A DNA stretch of 37,185 nucleotides. It comes from Candidatus Sungiibacteriota bacterium. GTDB lineage: Bacteria > Patescibacteriota > Minisyncoccia > Sungbacterales > SURF-37. The notes beneath the pieces are model-generated. The model searched no databases. It was not told where the DNA came from and worked only from the letters and a program-made list of their open reading frames with translations. Shown one piece after another: positions 1 through 8,895 of the stretch. Where the stretch lies: contig JACPMF010000019.1 of NCBI GenBank assembly GCA_016186145.1, positions 1 to 37,185 on the forward strand, in the 5' to 3' direction. The stretch's first letter is position 1. Each line of letters begins with the position of its first letter. A program made the position numbers and the translations under genes.

Positions 1-1055
1 AAAAACAGGTTGACATCGCAAATTATCCCTTTGTTACCATAGAGCCGAATATCGGCATTGTTCAGGTACCGGACGAGCGCGTTCGCCGCCTTGCGGAACT
101 TTCCCATTCAGCAAAAAAAATCCATGCGGTAGTGGAATTTGTTGATATTGCCGGCCTCGTAAAAGGAGCGGCTGAGGGGCAGGGGCTTGGCAACAAGTTT
201 CTTTCACACATAAAAGATGTTGATGCTATTGCCGAAGTTATACGTGTTTTTCCCACCGAAGAAGGCGCTGCCGGTAAAGAAAATATAACCCATATATACG
301 GCACCATCGACCCCGTACGCGACATTGAAATTATCGAGCTTGAACTCATTCTTAAAGACCTGGAGATAGCCGAAGCAAGAATGGAAACGCTTGAAAAAAA
401 CGTACGTGCCGGCGATAAGACAGCTTCGATACAAAAAGAATTCCTCGAAAAATTATGCACGGGCCTTCGGAAGGAAAAACGGACGGAAAAAATTGTTCGG
501 GAAAACGCCGCTGACGCTGAACGAAAAGAAATTAAAATACTGCTCAACGAACTTGCGCTCTTAACCGCAAAACCGCGCATTTTTGTCTTCAACGGATCGG
601 AGGAACAGGTCCAAAATGGATGGACGCCGCCTGCGGAGCTGAAAGAAAAAATCGGCAACAACCCGTGGGTGTTGCTTTCTGCAAAAATGGAAGACGAGCT
701 TACGGCTCTTTCAAACGAAGAAAAGACGGAGTACTTGAGCGGGTTGGGGCTTGAAGCGTCGGGACTGGATCAATTGATAATTCTTGGCTATAAAACCTTG
801 CACCTGATAACATTCCTTACGACCGGAGAGGACGAAACAAGAGCATGGACCATTCCGGACGGCTCAACCGCGCCGCGGGCAGGCCGCGCAATCCACTCCG
901 ATTTTGAAGAAAAATTCATCCGAGCCGAAGTCATCGGCTATGAAAAATTGATTGAAGCCAAATCATTTATCAAAGCCCGGGAACTCGGCTGGGTCCGCAC
1001 CGAAGGTAAAAATTACGTCGTCAAAGATGGGGATGTAATTGAATTTAAAATCTAG
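1..1055 (+). CDS. ychF: Redox-regulated ATPase YchF (Obg family), 5' end outside the window
   Basis: Frame open from base 3 (KQVDIANYPFVTIEPNIG); motifs DIAGLVKGA, GLGNKFLSHI, AGRAIHSDFE and EGKNYVVKDGDVI. Confidence 0.96.
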   Translation, partial: KQVDIANYPFVTIEPNIGIVQVPDERVRRLAELSHSAKKIHAVVEFVDIAGLVKGAAEGQGLGNKFLSHIKDVDAIAEVIRVFPTEEGAAGKENITHIYGTIDPVRDIEIIELELILKDLEIAEARMETLEKNVRAGDKTASIQKEFLEKLCTGLRKEKRTEKIVRENAADAERKEIKILLNELALLTAKPRIFVFNGSEEQVQNGWTPPAELKEKIGNNPWVLLSAKMEDELTALSNEEKTEYLSGLGLEASGLDQLIILGYKTLHLITFLTTGEDETRAWTIPDGSTAPRAGRAIHSDFEEKFIRAEVIGYEKLIEAKSFIKARELGWVRTEGKNYVVKDGDVIEFKI

Positions 1056-1217
1056 AACCCATCTTAAAAATGGCTTTGTAGGCGAAATCGAGCGAATTTT
1101 CAGGCGAGGCCGCCGCCGCAGAAACGATTCGTATTGGAAATACGATGAGTTTCGAGAAGGCGGTCGCAGCCAAAATTCGCCGATTACAGCCCAAATGTAT
1201 TTTTGAGATGGGTTCTA
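1053..1217. mobile_element. MITE-like hairpin element with 19-bp terminal inverted repeats
   Basis: TAGAACCCATCTTAAAAAT (1053-1071) vs ATTTTTGAGATGGGTTCTA (1199-1217), 18/19 complementary; related end at 26037-26063. Confidence 0.7.
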
Positions 1218-1283
1218 AATCTCATCGATTATCCTTAAGAATCTGCGGAGTCGCAGAAGAGTTGTTGCCAAAAATAAGCCCTC

Positions 1284-1312
1284 TTGCAGCAGGCCCCTGA
1301 ACATGCTATCCT
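1284..1312 (+). promoter_or_regulatory. Putative sigma70 promoter of rpsF with a very short leader
   Basis: TTGCAG-17 nt-TATCCT with TGn extended -10; ATG at 1322. Confidence 0.5.
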
Positions 1313-1321
1313 CACAAAAAG

Positions 1322-1762
1322 ATGGAAACTGAGCCAAAAAAATACGAAATCGCATATCTCATCTCTCCGAACGTGCCGGAAGAAGACGCTTTGGGGGAAG
1401 CCGGAAAAATTAGCGGCCTCCTTCAGGATGCAAAAAGCGTTATAGGCCACGTTGAAGAACCGCGGCGGAGACGCCTTGCATACCCGATCAAAAAATCTCG
1501 CGAATGCTACTTCGGCTGGACACGCTTTTCGTGCCACCCGGAAAATATCCCCGACTTTGAAAAAAAGCTCAAACTTGAACCCCAAATTATACGATATCTT
1601 CTCGTTGAAGCCGAAGAAATTCCCGTCGATACAAGACTACCGAGGATGACCAGAACCCCGTTTGTCCAGCAGAAAGCCCAAAAAAACCAAACAGGAGAAG
1701 AAAAAGAAAAAATGGATATTGTAGAGCTTGATAAGAAGCTGGAGGAGATATTGGGTAAATAA
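1322..1762 (+). CDS. rpsF: 30S ribosomal protein S6
   Basis: YEIAYLISP, RRRLAYPIKK, IIRYLLV; rpsF-ssb-rpsR synteny. Confidence 0.93.
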   Translation: METEPKKYEIAYLISPNVPEEDALGEAGKISGLLQDAKSVIGHVEEPRRRRLAYPIKKSRECYFGWTRFSCHPENIPDFEKKLKLEPQIIRYLLVEAEEIPVDTRLPRMTRTPFVQQKAQKNQTGEEKEKMDIVELDKKLEEILGK

Positions 1763-1776
1763 TATAAAAAATCATG

Positions 1777-1933
1777 ACCCCGCACCAAATTTCGCGGGTA
1801 TAAAACGAGGCAAGGCGCTTCGCCCATAACGGGTTGGCTCTATTCGAGCCACGCGCCTTGCGAGAAGTATACAGTACGTTATTGAACCACAGTCGTTTTC
1901 GCTCCGTTTATGGCGAAATTGGTACGGGGTTCA
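1777..1933. mobile_element. Palindromic element, family A (CCCCG[C/T]ACCAAA ends)
   Basis: ACCCCGCACCAAATTTCGC ... GCGAAATTGGTACGGGGTTCA; internal GCGCTTCGCCCATAACGGG shared with the 32819-33049 copy. Confidence 0.75.
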
Positions 1934-1970
1934 TAATTTGTAGCTTCTCGCTTGCGCTCGAAGACAAATT

Positions 1971-2420
1971 ATGAATTTCAACAAAGCTTTCGTTTTAGGA
2001 AATGTCACTCGCGATCCGGAGCTGCGGCATACGACATCCGGACATGCGGTAGCAACTTTTGGACTTGCGACAAACCGTGTCTGGAAAGATAGTTCCGGCC
2101 AGCAACAAAAGCAGGCAGAATTTCACAATATCGTCGCATGGGGACGCCTCGGAGAAATCTGCAGCCAATACTTAAAAAAGGGTTCGCTTGTTTTTATCGA
2201 GGGACGAATACAAACAAGATCATGGCAAGACCAGCAAGGACAGAAACGCTTCAGAACCGAAATTGTGGCGGAAACCATGCAAATGGGACCAAGAGGAACA
2301 GGTTTTGCAGGATCCGGCCAAGATGAAAAAGAGAAACCGGTGACGGACGAACTTGCCACCGTCGAACTTCCCGGCGCCGAAGACGAAGAAGAAATTAAGC
2401 CCGAAGAAATTCCTTTCTAG
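1971..2420 (+). CDS. ssb: Single-stranded DNA-binding protein
   Basis: NKAFVLGNVTRDPELR, EGRIQTRSW, acidic EEIPF tail. Confidence 0.97.
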   Translation: MNFNKAFVLGNVTRDPELRHTTSGHAVATFGLATNRVWKDSSGQQQKQAEFHNIVAWGRLGEICSQYLKKGSLVFIEGRIQTRSWQDQQGQKRFRTEIVAETMQMGPRGTGFAGSGQDEKEKPVTDELATVELPGAEDEEEIKPEEIPF

Positions 2421-2528
2421 AAGCGGATTTATACCGATGACAACGCAGATCAATGCGGATCCGCGTGAATCCGCGTAGCTACTCGCCTCGCTGAAGCTAC
2501 GGCGAAGCGGGTCCGCGCTTATCCGCCT
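2421..2528. repeat. Degenerate (ACGCGGAT/ATCCGCGT) palindromic repeat with nested 30-bp hairpin at 2482-2511
   Basis: Repeated GCGGAT/ATCCGCG units; nested CTCGCCTCGCTGAAGCTACGGCGAAGCGGG matches the reverse complement of 25665-25694 at 29/30. Confidence 0.65.
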
Positions 2529-2536
2529 CTATTTCT

Positions 2537-2743
2537 ATGAAAAAACAGTGCCCCTTTTGCACCAAAAACCAAAAAGTGATTGATTACAAAAGCGAAACCG
2601 TGCTTCGCGAATTCATATCCGGACAGATGAAAATCATGCCGCGGAAACGCTCGGGTGTTTGCGCGAAACACCAACGAAAACTCTCAACGGCCATCAAACG
2701 AGCTCGCTTTTTGGGGCTTCTCCCCTACACATTGCCAAAATAA
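2537..2743 (+). CDS. rpsR: 30S ribosomal protein S18 (zinc-binding type)
   Basis: CPFC, IDYK, KIMPRKRSGVCAKHQR, AIKRARFLGLLPY. Confidence 0.97.
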   Translation: MKKQCPFCTKNQKVIDYKSETVLREFISGQMKIMPRKRSGVCAKHQRKLSTAIKRARFLGLLPYTLPK

Positions 2744-2769
2744 AACCCTCCGCTATTGCGGAGGGTTTT
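2742..2769. terminator. Bidirectional intrinsic terminator
   Basis: AAAACCCTCCGC-TATT-GCGGAGGGTTTTT between convergent genes. Confidence 0.85.
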
Positions 2770-2790
2770 ATAAAAATCTTAATGATGCTT

Positions 2791-3449
2791 TTATTGAAAT
2801 TCCTCACTAACCCTTATACCATCATCTGCAATATTTGACGGGAGTATTTGCATATTGGCCCTTTTAACAAAATCCTCTAATTCATCCCTTTTTGCCGGGT
2901 CAATCAGAAGGGCTACACACCCGCCACCGCCAGCACCGCATACGCGCAAAGCAAACGCTCCTATCTTGAAAGATTCGAACGTTAGCCTTTCAATTTCTGG
3001 AGTAGTCATACCCGGAAGCATTGCCTTTCGTGTTTGCCAATCATCATTTAATACCTCTGAAATTCTATAAATATCTTCTTGTTGTAAGGCGGCTTTCATA
3101 GCGATGGCATTTTCTTTTAATTTTTCAAAAAACTCAACTATCTCCTGATCACCATCTATGTGTCTCTTGAATAATTCCCAATTATTAGCCCCGGAAAAGT
3201 GCGGCTTGCCTACATAAACAAGAAGCAAATGGCGTTCAAACTCTTTGTGAAATACTTCAGAGCCAAGAGGTATTTTGATTAATTTTCCGTTAAGTCCCAT
3301 CTCGTAGGCATGAATTTTGCCGTATACCGCTCCCCAATAATCTTGATATCCGGTTGGAACTTTAATTGTTTGGGTCTCAATTGATTTCGCATAATTGACA
3401 AGCCCTTAAGGTCTACGCGTGTTGGTGCTTCCGACCTTATAACTCTCAT
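2791..3449 (-). pseudogene. GHMP-family sugar kinase (HddA-like) with internal deletion and frameshift
   Basis: N-terminus MRVIRSEAPTRVDL joined out of frame to GLVNYAKSIETQTIKVPTGYQDYWGAVYG...VCGAGGGGC (open 3405-2791); ATP-binding PxGSGLGSS segment absent. Confidence 0.8.
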
Positions 3450-4135
3450 AAAAATAGTATACCATTCAAATCCCGACAAACAACATGCTGATAGCGCCAT
3501 GTCTTTCCCAAATATTTTTTAGCTTCTAGAAACCTTAACCGTGCCGACCCGTCACGGGAATCAAACATTTCATCGGGAACACGATTTATGCAGTATGTTT
3601 CCACGGTCGATACCATATCTTTAATCAAATCAAGTTCTGCCGGATTATTATCAACAACAATAATGCGATCAAATCTGTCTGCCACCTCTAAAATAATACC
3701 CGCTTTCCCGCCCTCTTTGGGAACAAAGAACATATCATCAAAATGACTGCCGACACGAGAAGCTAAAACCTTGTAACGCTGCCAATCTGGGTTGCCAAAA
3801 GACAACAGGAAAAGATAAACATCTTTCTCTTTTGCGCGCCGAAGAAAAGGCAAAACATCCGAAAACAAGTAACGCCGCAAGTCCGAAAAAGTTCCGTCAA
3901 TAATACTTCGCATTTCACCCAGCGGCAGCTGATTGCCAGATTGGCGATGAATCTCCTCTGCGTGTCTTTCGAGCGTGTAACCGGCTTTCCATACTCTCTC
4001 ATAGGTTTGCTCCCACAAAGCGTCATCTATTCCAAGGTGACCAAAAGCGCCTCTTACATCAACATGAAAAAATTCGTCGGTATCAAAAAGTGTATGATCA
4101 AAATCAAGAAAAAGCGCAGTATTTAGATTAGACAT
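3446..4135 (-). CDS. HAD-superfamily hydrolase
   Basis: LFLDFDHTLFD motif I, VVDNN motif IV; GGAGGA SD before ATG 4135. Confidence 0.85.
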   Translation of the reverse strand: MSNLNTALFLDFDHTLFDTDEFFHVDVRGAFGHLGIDDALWEQTYERVWKAGYTLERHAEEIHRQSGNQLPLGEMRSIIDGTFSDLRRYLFSDVLPFLRRAKEKDVYLFLLSFGNPDWQRYKVLASRVGSHFDDMFFVPKEGGKAGIILEVADRFDRIIVVDNNPAELDLIKDMVSTVETYCINRVPDEMFDSRDGSARLRFLEAKKYLGKTWRYQHVVCRDLNGILFL

Positions 4136-5115
4136 ATTTTTACTCCTCCGCGCCGAGCAGACTCTTCGGCCGCGAAACAAACCAAATGGGTGTTGACTGC
4201 ACTACGTAAGCTGCAGGAAGTTTCCTTGTTTTGAATTATGCAATCAATAAGCTCTTGTACCATTCCGCGAAAGGGATGGTGCCAAACCGCACCGCTATCG
4301 GGAACAATTCCTGCGATAGTTTCTATAGTTTTTGAGTGCGAGTGCCTTGAATAGAACTGGTTTAGACGTATTGAACCGTCGCCACCGAAAAGCGCGACAT
4401 TAAACACATACGGCATAAATACTTCATCTGTTGCTGAAATCTTACCAATAACACCGTTCTCAAACCTAACAACAGCAGCAGTGGTTCGCTGAATTGACTG
4501 TTCTTGTTTGGTTGGGGTTATTGCTGTTACTTCGATAATATCAGAATCTGTAAAAAATCTGGCCATATCGACGGCATGACATCCGCCGCCAAGAAATGCA
4601 CCGATCTGCTGCAGTCTTGTACCATATTCATGTGGAATATGTTCCTTTTCATGAGAAGGGCCGTGCCAATAGTCAGTTTCTAGATAAAATAATGTATCAA
4701 TCTTTCTAAGATAATGTTGTTTGATATTAAGCATTAAATCATTCCATCGAAGCACAAAACCAATAATGGTCCTGACGCCATACTGCGCAACGGCATGATG
4801 CATTTCAAACAATTCTCTTTTGTTCAAAGCAACAGGTTTTTCTATAGCGACATGAATGCCACGGCGAGCTATTTTTACAGTATGTTCACAATGCAACTCT
4901 GGGGGACTGCAAACCGAAACAACATCGGGCCCCTCGGTATCAAGCATGAGTTCAAAATCGTCGTAAGCGACTGCGGATATTCCTAACTCCTGAATTTTCA
5001 CATTTGCGGATTCCTTTGTCCTTCCGCACATAGCCACAACCTCAACACCGCATGCCAAATATGCTTTTACATGCTCACCGCTTACTCGACCGGCGCCAAC
5101 AATTGCCGCTTTCAT
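4123..5115 (-). CDS. Gfo/Idh/MocA family oxidoreductase
   Basis: IVGAGRVS, IEKPVA, GGGCHAVD; AGGAGG SD. Confidence 0.92.
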   Translation of the reverse strand: MKAAIVGAGRVSGEHVKAYLACGVEVVAMCGRTKESANVKIQELGISAVAYDDFELMLDTEGPDVVSVCSPPELHCEHTVKIARRGIHVAIEKPVALNKRELFEMHHAVAQYGVRTIIGFVLRWNDLMLNIKQHYLRKIDTLFYLETDYWHGPSHEKEHIPHEYGTRLQQIGAFLGGGCHAVDMARFFTDSDIIEVTAITPTKQEQSIQRTTAAVVRFENGVIGKISATDEVFMPYVFNVALFGGDGSIRLNQFYSRHSHSKTIETIAGIVPDSGAVWHHPFRGMVQELIDCIIQNKETSCSLRSAVNTHLVCFAAEESARRGGVKICLI

Positions 5116-5202
5116 TGCGTCCTCCTTTTGTTAAAGTGCGTATCAATTATAAATTATACCTTCAATACCCATCTGTGGTTGCGCCATTCCGCGTCAATAA
5201 AC

Positions 5203-5233
5203 AAAAATCCTCCGTCTAACGACGGAGGATTTT
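5203..5233. terminator. Intrinsic terminator downstream of recA (bidirectional form)
   Basis: AAAAATCCTCCGTC-TAAC-GACGGAGGATTTT. Confidence 0.75.
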
Positions 5234-5320
5234 CTGATTCTGTAATCAAACGGTAACTCTTGCCGCCTCCTTTATTTGCCAATGTTATCTCCGACGTTAC
5301 GTCGGAGCTACAACATTGAG

Positions 5321-5382
5321 CACCCTGTTAAATAATTTCGCCTTTGGCGAAATTGCCGCAAAGCGGCATTTAACAGGGTAAA
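5321..5382. repeat. Palindromic element, family B (CACCCTGTTAAAT...ATTTAACAGGGTAAA)
   Basis: Identical ends to 8776-8837 with different internal hairpins. Confidence 0.8.
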
Positions 5383-5401
5383 GGTTTGGCAACTCCGCTT
5401 C

Positions 5402-6415
5402 CTACGCTTTCGGCTCAGAACCGGAGGCCAAGCCCTTTATTTTCTTCATGACCTCTTCCGCTACTTTCGAATTCTCTTTTAAAAAGTTCCGCGCATTGTC
5501 AAAACCGGAACCAAGACGAACGTTGCCGTATGAAAAGGAAGCGCCGGCTTTTTTGATAATGGCGTATTTTTCTCCAAGCGTCAAAAGTTCCGCCTCGGGC
5601 GAGATGCCTTCGTTGAAAAAAATATCGAACTCCGCCCTTTTGAAAGGTGCTGCAACTTTATTTTTAACAACTTTCGCATTCACCCGATTGCCAATAATAT
5701 CCTCGCCCTTTTTAATCTGCGCGGCCCTCCGCACCTCAATCCTCACCGAAGAATAGAATTTCAGGGCTTTCCCACCGGGCGTTGTTTCCGGGTTGCCGAA
5801 CATAATCCCGATCTGCATTCTTATCTGATTAATAAAAATGACCGTGGTCTTGGTGCGGGCAACGCTTGCCGTAAGTTTCCGCAACGCATGGCTCATTAAG
5901 CGCGCCTGCAAGCCGATATGCTGCTGACCCATTTCACCCTCAATTTCGGCACGCGGCGTAAGCGCGGCAACAGAGTCAACGACAACAACATCAACCGAAC
6001 CGGAGCGAACAAGCGAATCAACAATTTCAAGCGCTTGCTCTCCGGTATCCGGCTGTGAAATCAAAAGGTCGTTCACCTTAACTCCAAGCCGCTTTGCATA
6101 TTCCGGATCCAAGGCGTGTTCAGCATCAACAAAGGCTGCAAGTCCCCCCTTCTTTTGGGCCTGCGCGACAATATTCAAAGCAAGCGTGGTTTTACCAGAG
6201 GACTCCGGCCCAAAAATCTCAACAACTCTCCCCCGCGGGACCCCTCCGACGCCAAGCGCCAAATCAAGAGAAAGCGAACCGGTCGGAATAACATCAACGT
6301 CAACTTTTCGCGCATCCCCCAGCTTCATAATCGCGCCCTCACCAAACTTTTCCTGAATATCCTTAACGGTATCCTCAAGAATTTTTAACTTCGATTGTTT
6401 TTCTTCTTTAGCCAT
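5402..6415 (-). CDS. recA: Recombinase RecA
   Basis: [42 protein letters not shown]; likely start MAKEEK at 6415. Confidence 0.98.
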   Translation of the reverse strand: MAKEEKQSKLKILEDTVKDIQEKFGEGAIMKLGDARKVDVDVIPTGSLSLDLALGVGGVPRGRVVEIFGPESSGKTTLALNIVAQAQKKGGLAAFVDAEHALDPEYAKRLGVKVNDLLISQPDTGEQALEIVDSLVRSGSVDVVVVDSVAALTPRAEIEGEMGQQHIGLQARLMSHALRKLTASVARTKTTVIFINQIRMQIGIMFGNPETTPGGKALKFYSSVRIEVRRAAQIKKGEDIIGNRVNAKVVKNKVAAPFKRAEFDIFFNEGISPEAELLTLGEKYAIIKKAGASFSYGNVRLGSGFDNARNFLKENSKVAEEVMKKIKGLASGSEPKA

Positions 6416-6428
6416 TTGCCATTGCTCT

Positions 6429-6515
6429 ATCAACGAATTACGAATCTTTTACGAATCTACGAATAATCAAATTTACAAAATTCGTATATTCGCGGCTGAT
6501 TCGTAATTCGATGAT
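6429..6515. repeat. Palindromic (TACGAAT/ATTCGTA)n element, family G
   Basis: ATCAACGAATTACGAAT...ATTCGTAATTCGATGAT; close match to 32265-32350 and 30051-30121 inside the 23S. Confidence 0.8.
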
Positions 6516-6524
6516 GAATTTATC

Positions 6525-7157
6525 TTATTTAACAAACACATACCTCACCCTTTTTTCCGCCTTCCCAAGCCGATCCACCGCTTCGAATTCAAGGGCATTT
6601 AACCCCTTACGAAGAAGCGCCGTTTCATCAAACTTTCCCTCTTCATTAACCGCAAGCGCCCTGCCATTTAAAAATACATTCGCCCCTGCTCCCGCAGACC
6701 CGGAAATCCGAACTTTTTCCTGATCTATACTGATATCTTTTTCAGGTAATTTTACGACAAGATCCGGTCCTCCCCAGATGTGCCGAAATCCGAAGAAAAA
6801 ATAAGCGCCGACGGCAAGAAGAATCGCAAGAGAGAAAAGAGAAACGCCTCTTATCCGATCAAAAAATGCCTGTATGCCCAATCCCCTTTCCGCACGAGAA
6901 GGCCTTTTTGCTTCACCGGGCCTTCCGTCCGAACCCTGAAGATCAAACTCGCTTAATACCTCATGCTCCGGAAGACCAAGATGCAAAGCGTACTTCTTCA
7001 GAAAACCTCGCGTATAAACCCGGGGCGGAAGCTTCGAAAAATCTTCGCGCTCTAACGCATCAACTATTTTTAATGGTATTTGGAGCTTGTCGGCAACTTC
7101 TTTTGCCGACCGTCCGATTTCTTCCCGCGCCTCGCGCAATATCTCGCCGAACGCCAT
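6525..7157 (-). CDS. RodZ-like HTH membrane protein with C-terminal Ig-like domain
   Basis: FGEILREARE, ALEREDFSKLPPRVYTRGFLKKYA, single TM segment, LRKGLNALEFEAVD. Confidence 0.85.
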   Translation of the reverse strand: MAFGEILREAREEIGRSAKEVADKLQIPLKIVDALEREDFSKLPPRVYTRGFLKKYALHLGLPEHEVLSEFDLQGSDGRPGEAKRPSRAERGLGIQAFFDRIRGVSLFSLAILLAVGAYFFFGFRHIWGGPDLVVKLPEKDISIDQEKVRISGSAGAGANVFLNGRALAVNEEGKFDETALLRKGLNALEFEAVDRLGKAEKRVRYVFVK

Positions 7158-7310
7158 GGTTCAATTTGTAGCACGAGGATAAAAAAATCGCAATTCCCAT
7201 CGCCTGCGGCACTTTTGTTACTTCAGTGGCGTGCCGCGGAAACCCTTGCGATTCTTTTCTGGATTTGCTACTTTAGCATCGGGTGTTTAACAACAAAATA
7301 GGAGGGTTTG

Positions 7311-7502
7311 ATGCAAAAGATAATGAAAGCTTTGAAGATTGTTGGATTATTGGCCATACTGGCTGTTATTATCGGAGTTAATGGGGAGCCGCTTATTCGT
7401 GGTTGGTTGCGTCCAATTTTTACGCTCGGCGGAATGGCAATATTCAGTATGGCCGTTATTTATCAAAGCAGGTTTGCTCGTCGTCCAAATCAGTCTTCCT
7501 AA
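7311..7502 (+). CDS. Small two-TM hypothetical protein
   Basis: AGGAGG SD, two hydrophobic stretches, followed by terminator GAGCCG...CGGCTC-TTTTTT (about 7513-7536). Confidence 0.65.
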   Translation: MQKIMKALKIVGLLAILAVIIGVNGEPLIRGWLRPIFTLGGMAIFSMAVIYQSRFARRPNQSS

Positions 7503-7598
7503 TCCATCCCCGGAGCCGTTTCTGCGGCTCTTTTTTATTGGTGAATTTGCAAATCTGACAACATGGGTTATTTGTATTTATTGCATGTTCGTTGCTCA

Positions 7599-8714
7599 CT
7601 AATGTAATCCCAACCGCAAAATCTCCTCGGCGATTACTTTCGTCCCGTCAATCCTGGCAAAACGCTGGGCAGCTTCGCCCATGCGCTTCATTCGCTCCTT
7701 ATCCGCGACCATTATATCAATTTCATGAAGAAGCAAACGCGGCGTCAAATTCGCCTCCTCAATCACCAAAGCGGCCCCTGTACGTGCGTATTCGTACGCA
7801 TTTTCCCGCTGGTGACCCTGGGCTGAATTTTTAAGAGGAACAAGAATCGCCGGCCTGCCCCATGCGGCAATCTCAAAAATCGCACCGGCGCCCGCGCGCG
7901 AAATAATCACATCTGCCAAAAGGTACGCGTCCCTTAAACGCCCTTCATCGAGAAGAGGGTGAATATGGTACTCTTCGGCCCTACCGCCGAGAATAACCTT
8001 GGCCTGACTTAAAACATCTTCATAATTATTTGTTCCGGCCTGATGGATAACCTCATACCGGGAAATAAGTTCCTTAAGAATGCCAAGAACGGTGTTATTC
8101 AAGGTTTGCGAACCTTGGCTGCCGCCAAGAATCAATACCACCGGCCTTCCGGAGAAAACTCCAAATTCCTCTCTTGCCTCACCAGGACTGCCCCCCAGCA
8201 GCCGTTTTCTGACCGGATTCCCCGTAACAGCGACTTTTCCTTTTGGGAATTCAGCCGCAGTTTTTTCGAAAGATACTGCGATACGCTTCGCGAAACTCGC
8301 TGCCCACCGATTCACTCTCCCGGGAACCACATCCGATTCATGGACAATCACCGGTAGCCGAAACAATCGACAAGCAAAAAGCACAGGAAAACTCCCGTAT
8401 CCGCTCTTTGAAAACACGATATCCGGCATAAGAACGAAAACCCTCCATAACGCCTGCATGATTCCGACAACGATTTTTACCGCATCAAGAACGTTTTTCA
8501 ACGAAAAATACCGGCGTATTTTTCCGGCAAAGATATGGGAAATAACCACCCCTTCTTTTTCTAATATGTCATCGCCTTCCGTTTCCGGCCCGATATAAAA
8601 AAACTGCATATCAAGCATGCGCTTTTCTTCGGCGAGATCTTTTATTTCTCTAATAACAGCGACGATGGGAAAAAGATGCCCTCCGCTACCGCCACCGGTG
8701 AATAGTATTCGCAT
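7599..8714 (-). CDS. murG: Undecaprenyl-PP-MurNAc-pentapeptide GlcNAc transferase
   Basis: TGGGSGGHLFP, HESD, GNPVR, GGSQGS, SRAGA, HQRENA. Confidence 0.96.
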   Translation of the reverse strand: MRILFTGGGSGGHLFPIVAVIREIKDLAEEKRMLDMQFFYIGPETEGDDILEKEGVVISHIFAGKIRRYFSLKNVLDAVKIVVGIMQALWRVFVLMPDIVFSKSGYGSFPVLFACRLFRLPVIVHESDVVPGRVNRWAASFAKRIAVSFEKTAAEFPKGKVAVTGNPVRKRLLGGSPGEAREEFGVFSGRPVVLILGGSQGSQTLNNTVLGILKELISRYEVIHQAGTNNYEDVLSQAKVILGGRAEEYHIHPLLDEGRLRDAYLLADVIISRAGAGAIFEIAAWGRPAILVPLKNSAQGHQRENAYEYARTGAALVIEEANLTPRLLLHEIDIMVADKERMKRMGEAAQRFARIDGTKVIAEEILRLGLH

Positions 8715-8775
8715 GCGAATTTTCTCAGCGAGGCAAGCAAGTTTACTTGCGTAGCCGAGATGTTAGAAAATTCAA

Positions 8776-8837
8776 CACCCTGTTAAATAAAACCTTTGGT
8801 TTTCTTTTGCCTTCGGCAAAAGATTTAACAGGGTAAA
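8776..8837. repeat. Palindromic element, family B
   Basis: CACCCTGTTAAATAA...GATTTAACAGGGTAAA. Confidence 0.8.
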
Positions 8838-8895
8838 GTTTTGGCAGCCGCGGTTTATTCGACTACGTCTCTAAACCGCGGGCCAATACATTATA

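Noticed and set aside
62-661. 199-aa minus-strand ORF and similar shadow ORFs opposite core genes
   Set aside because: Antisense to well-supported genes with no recognisable motifs
3279-3500. Programmed frameshift in the GHMP kinase
   Set aside because: No slippery site, and rejoining the frames would still lack the ATP-binding region; deletion explains it better
6416-6433. N-terminal extensions of recA, rpiB (21568) and fba (16405) in the ORF track
   Set aside because: They run into repeat elements or the upstream gene; downstream ATGs fit the family N-termini
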